From contig NC_086106.1 in NCBI RefSeq assembly GCF_963921235.1, forward strand, positions 23,560,001-23,624,000: DNA of 64,000 nucleotides, read 5' to 3'. Within the stretch, counting starts at the first letter, position 1. Every line of letters starts with the position of its first letter. The position numbers and the translations under genes are program-made. The notes beneath the pieces were generated by a model, which saw nothing but the letters and a program-made list of their open reading frames with translations, was not told the DNA's origin and ran no database searches. This DNA is from Mobula hypostoma. Taxonomy: Eukaryota. Shown here piece after piece: positions 63,944-64,000 of the stretch.

Positions 63944-64000
63944 GAATTTCCAGCATCTGCAGAATTCCTGTTGTTTACGTATATTATAAGCCTGGTCTGC

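Overview
Eukaryotic, repeat-rich genomic DNA from a cartilaginous fish, probably a ray (inferred from the CR1, RTE, Rex1 and Penelope repeat content). It is part of an antigen-receptor V-gene region, most likely the T-cell receptor alpha/delta locus. Two intact V genes lie on the minus strand at 8849-9298 and 32113-32569, each with a leader exon, a ~100-nt phase-1 intron, a 307-nt V exon and a 23-bp-spacer RSS. They sit in a tandem duplication with a period of about 23.3 kb (~8.0-28.0 kb versus ~31.5-49.5 kb). A third, oppositely oriented V at 51556-51990 has an open frame but lacks the second Cys and has a dead RSS heptamer. Between these lie about 8-10 further decayed leader+V relics of varying certainty on both strands, several duplicated with the cassette. 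The tandem copies show mosaic divergence, and amino-acid changes between the two intact V genes cluster in CDR1, CDR2 and HV4. One copy carries an LTR-less 2.5-kb endogenous-retrovirus pol fragment that replaced part of an RTE LINE. I found no D, J or C segment, no NAR-TCR cassette, and no tRNA, rRNA or CRISPR. There are four N gaps. Percent identities other than the V-exon count are visual estimates from short hand-aligned samples.
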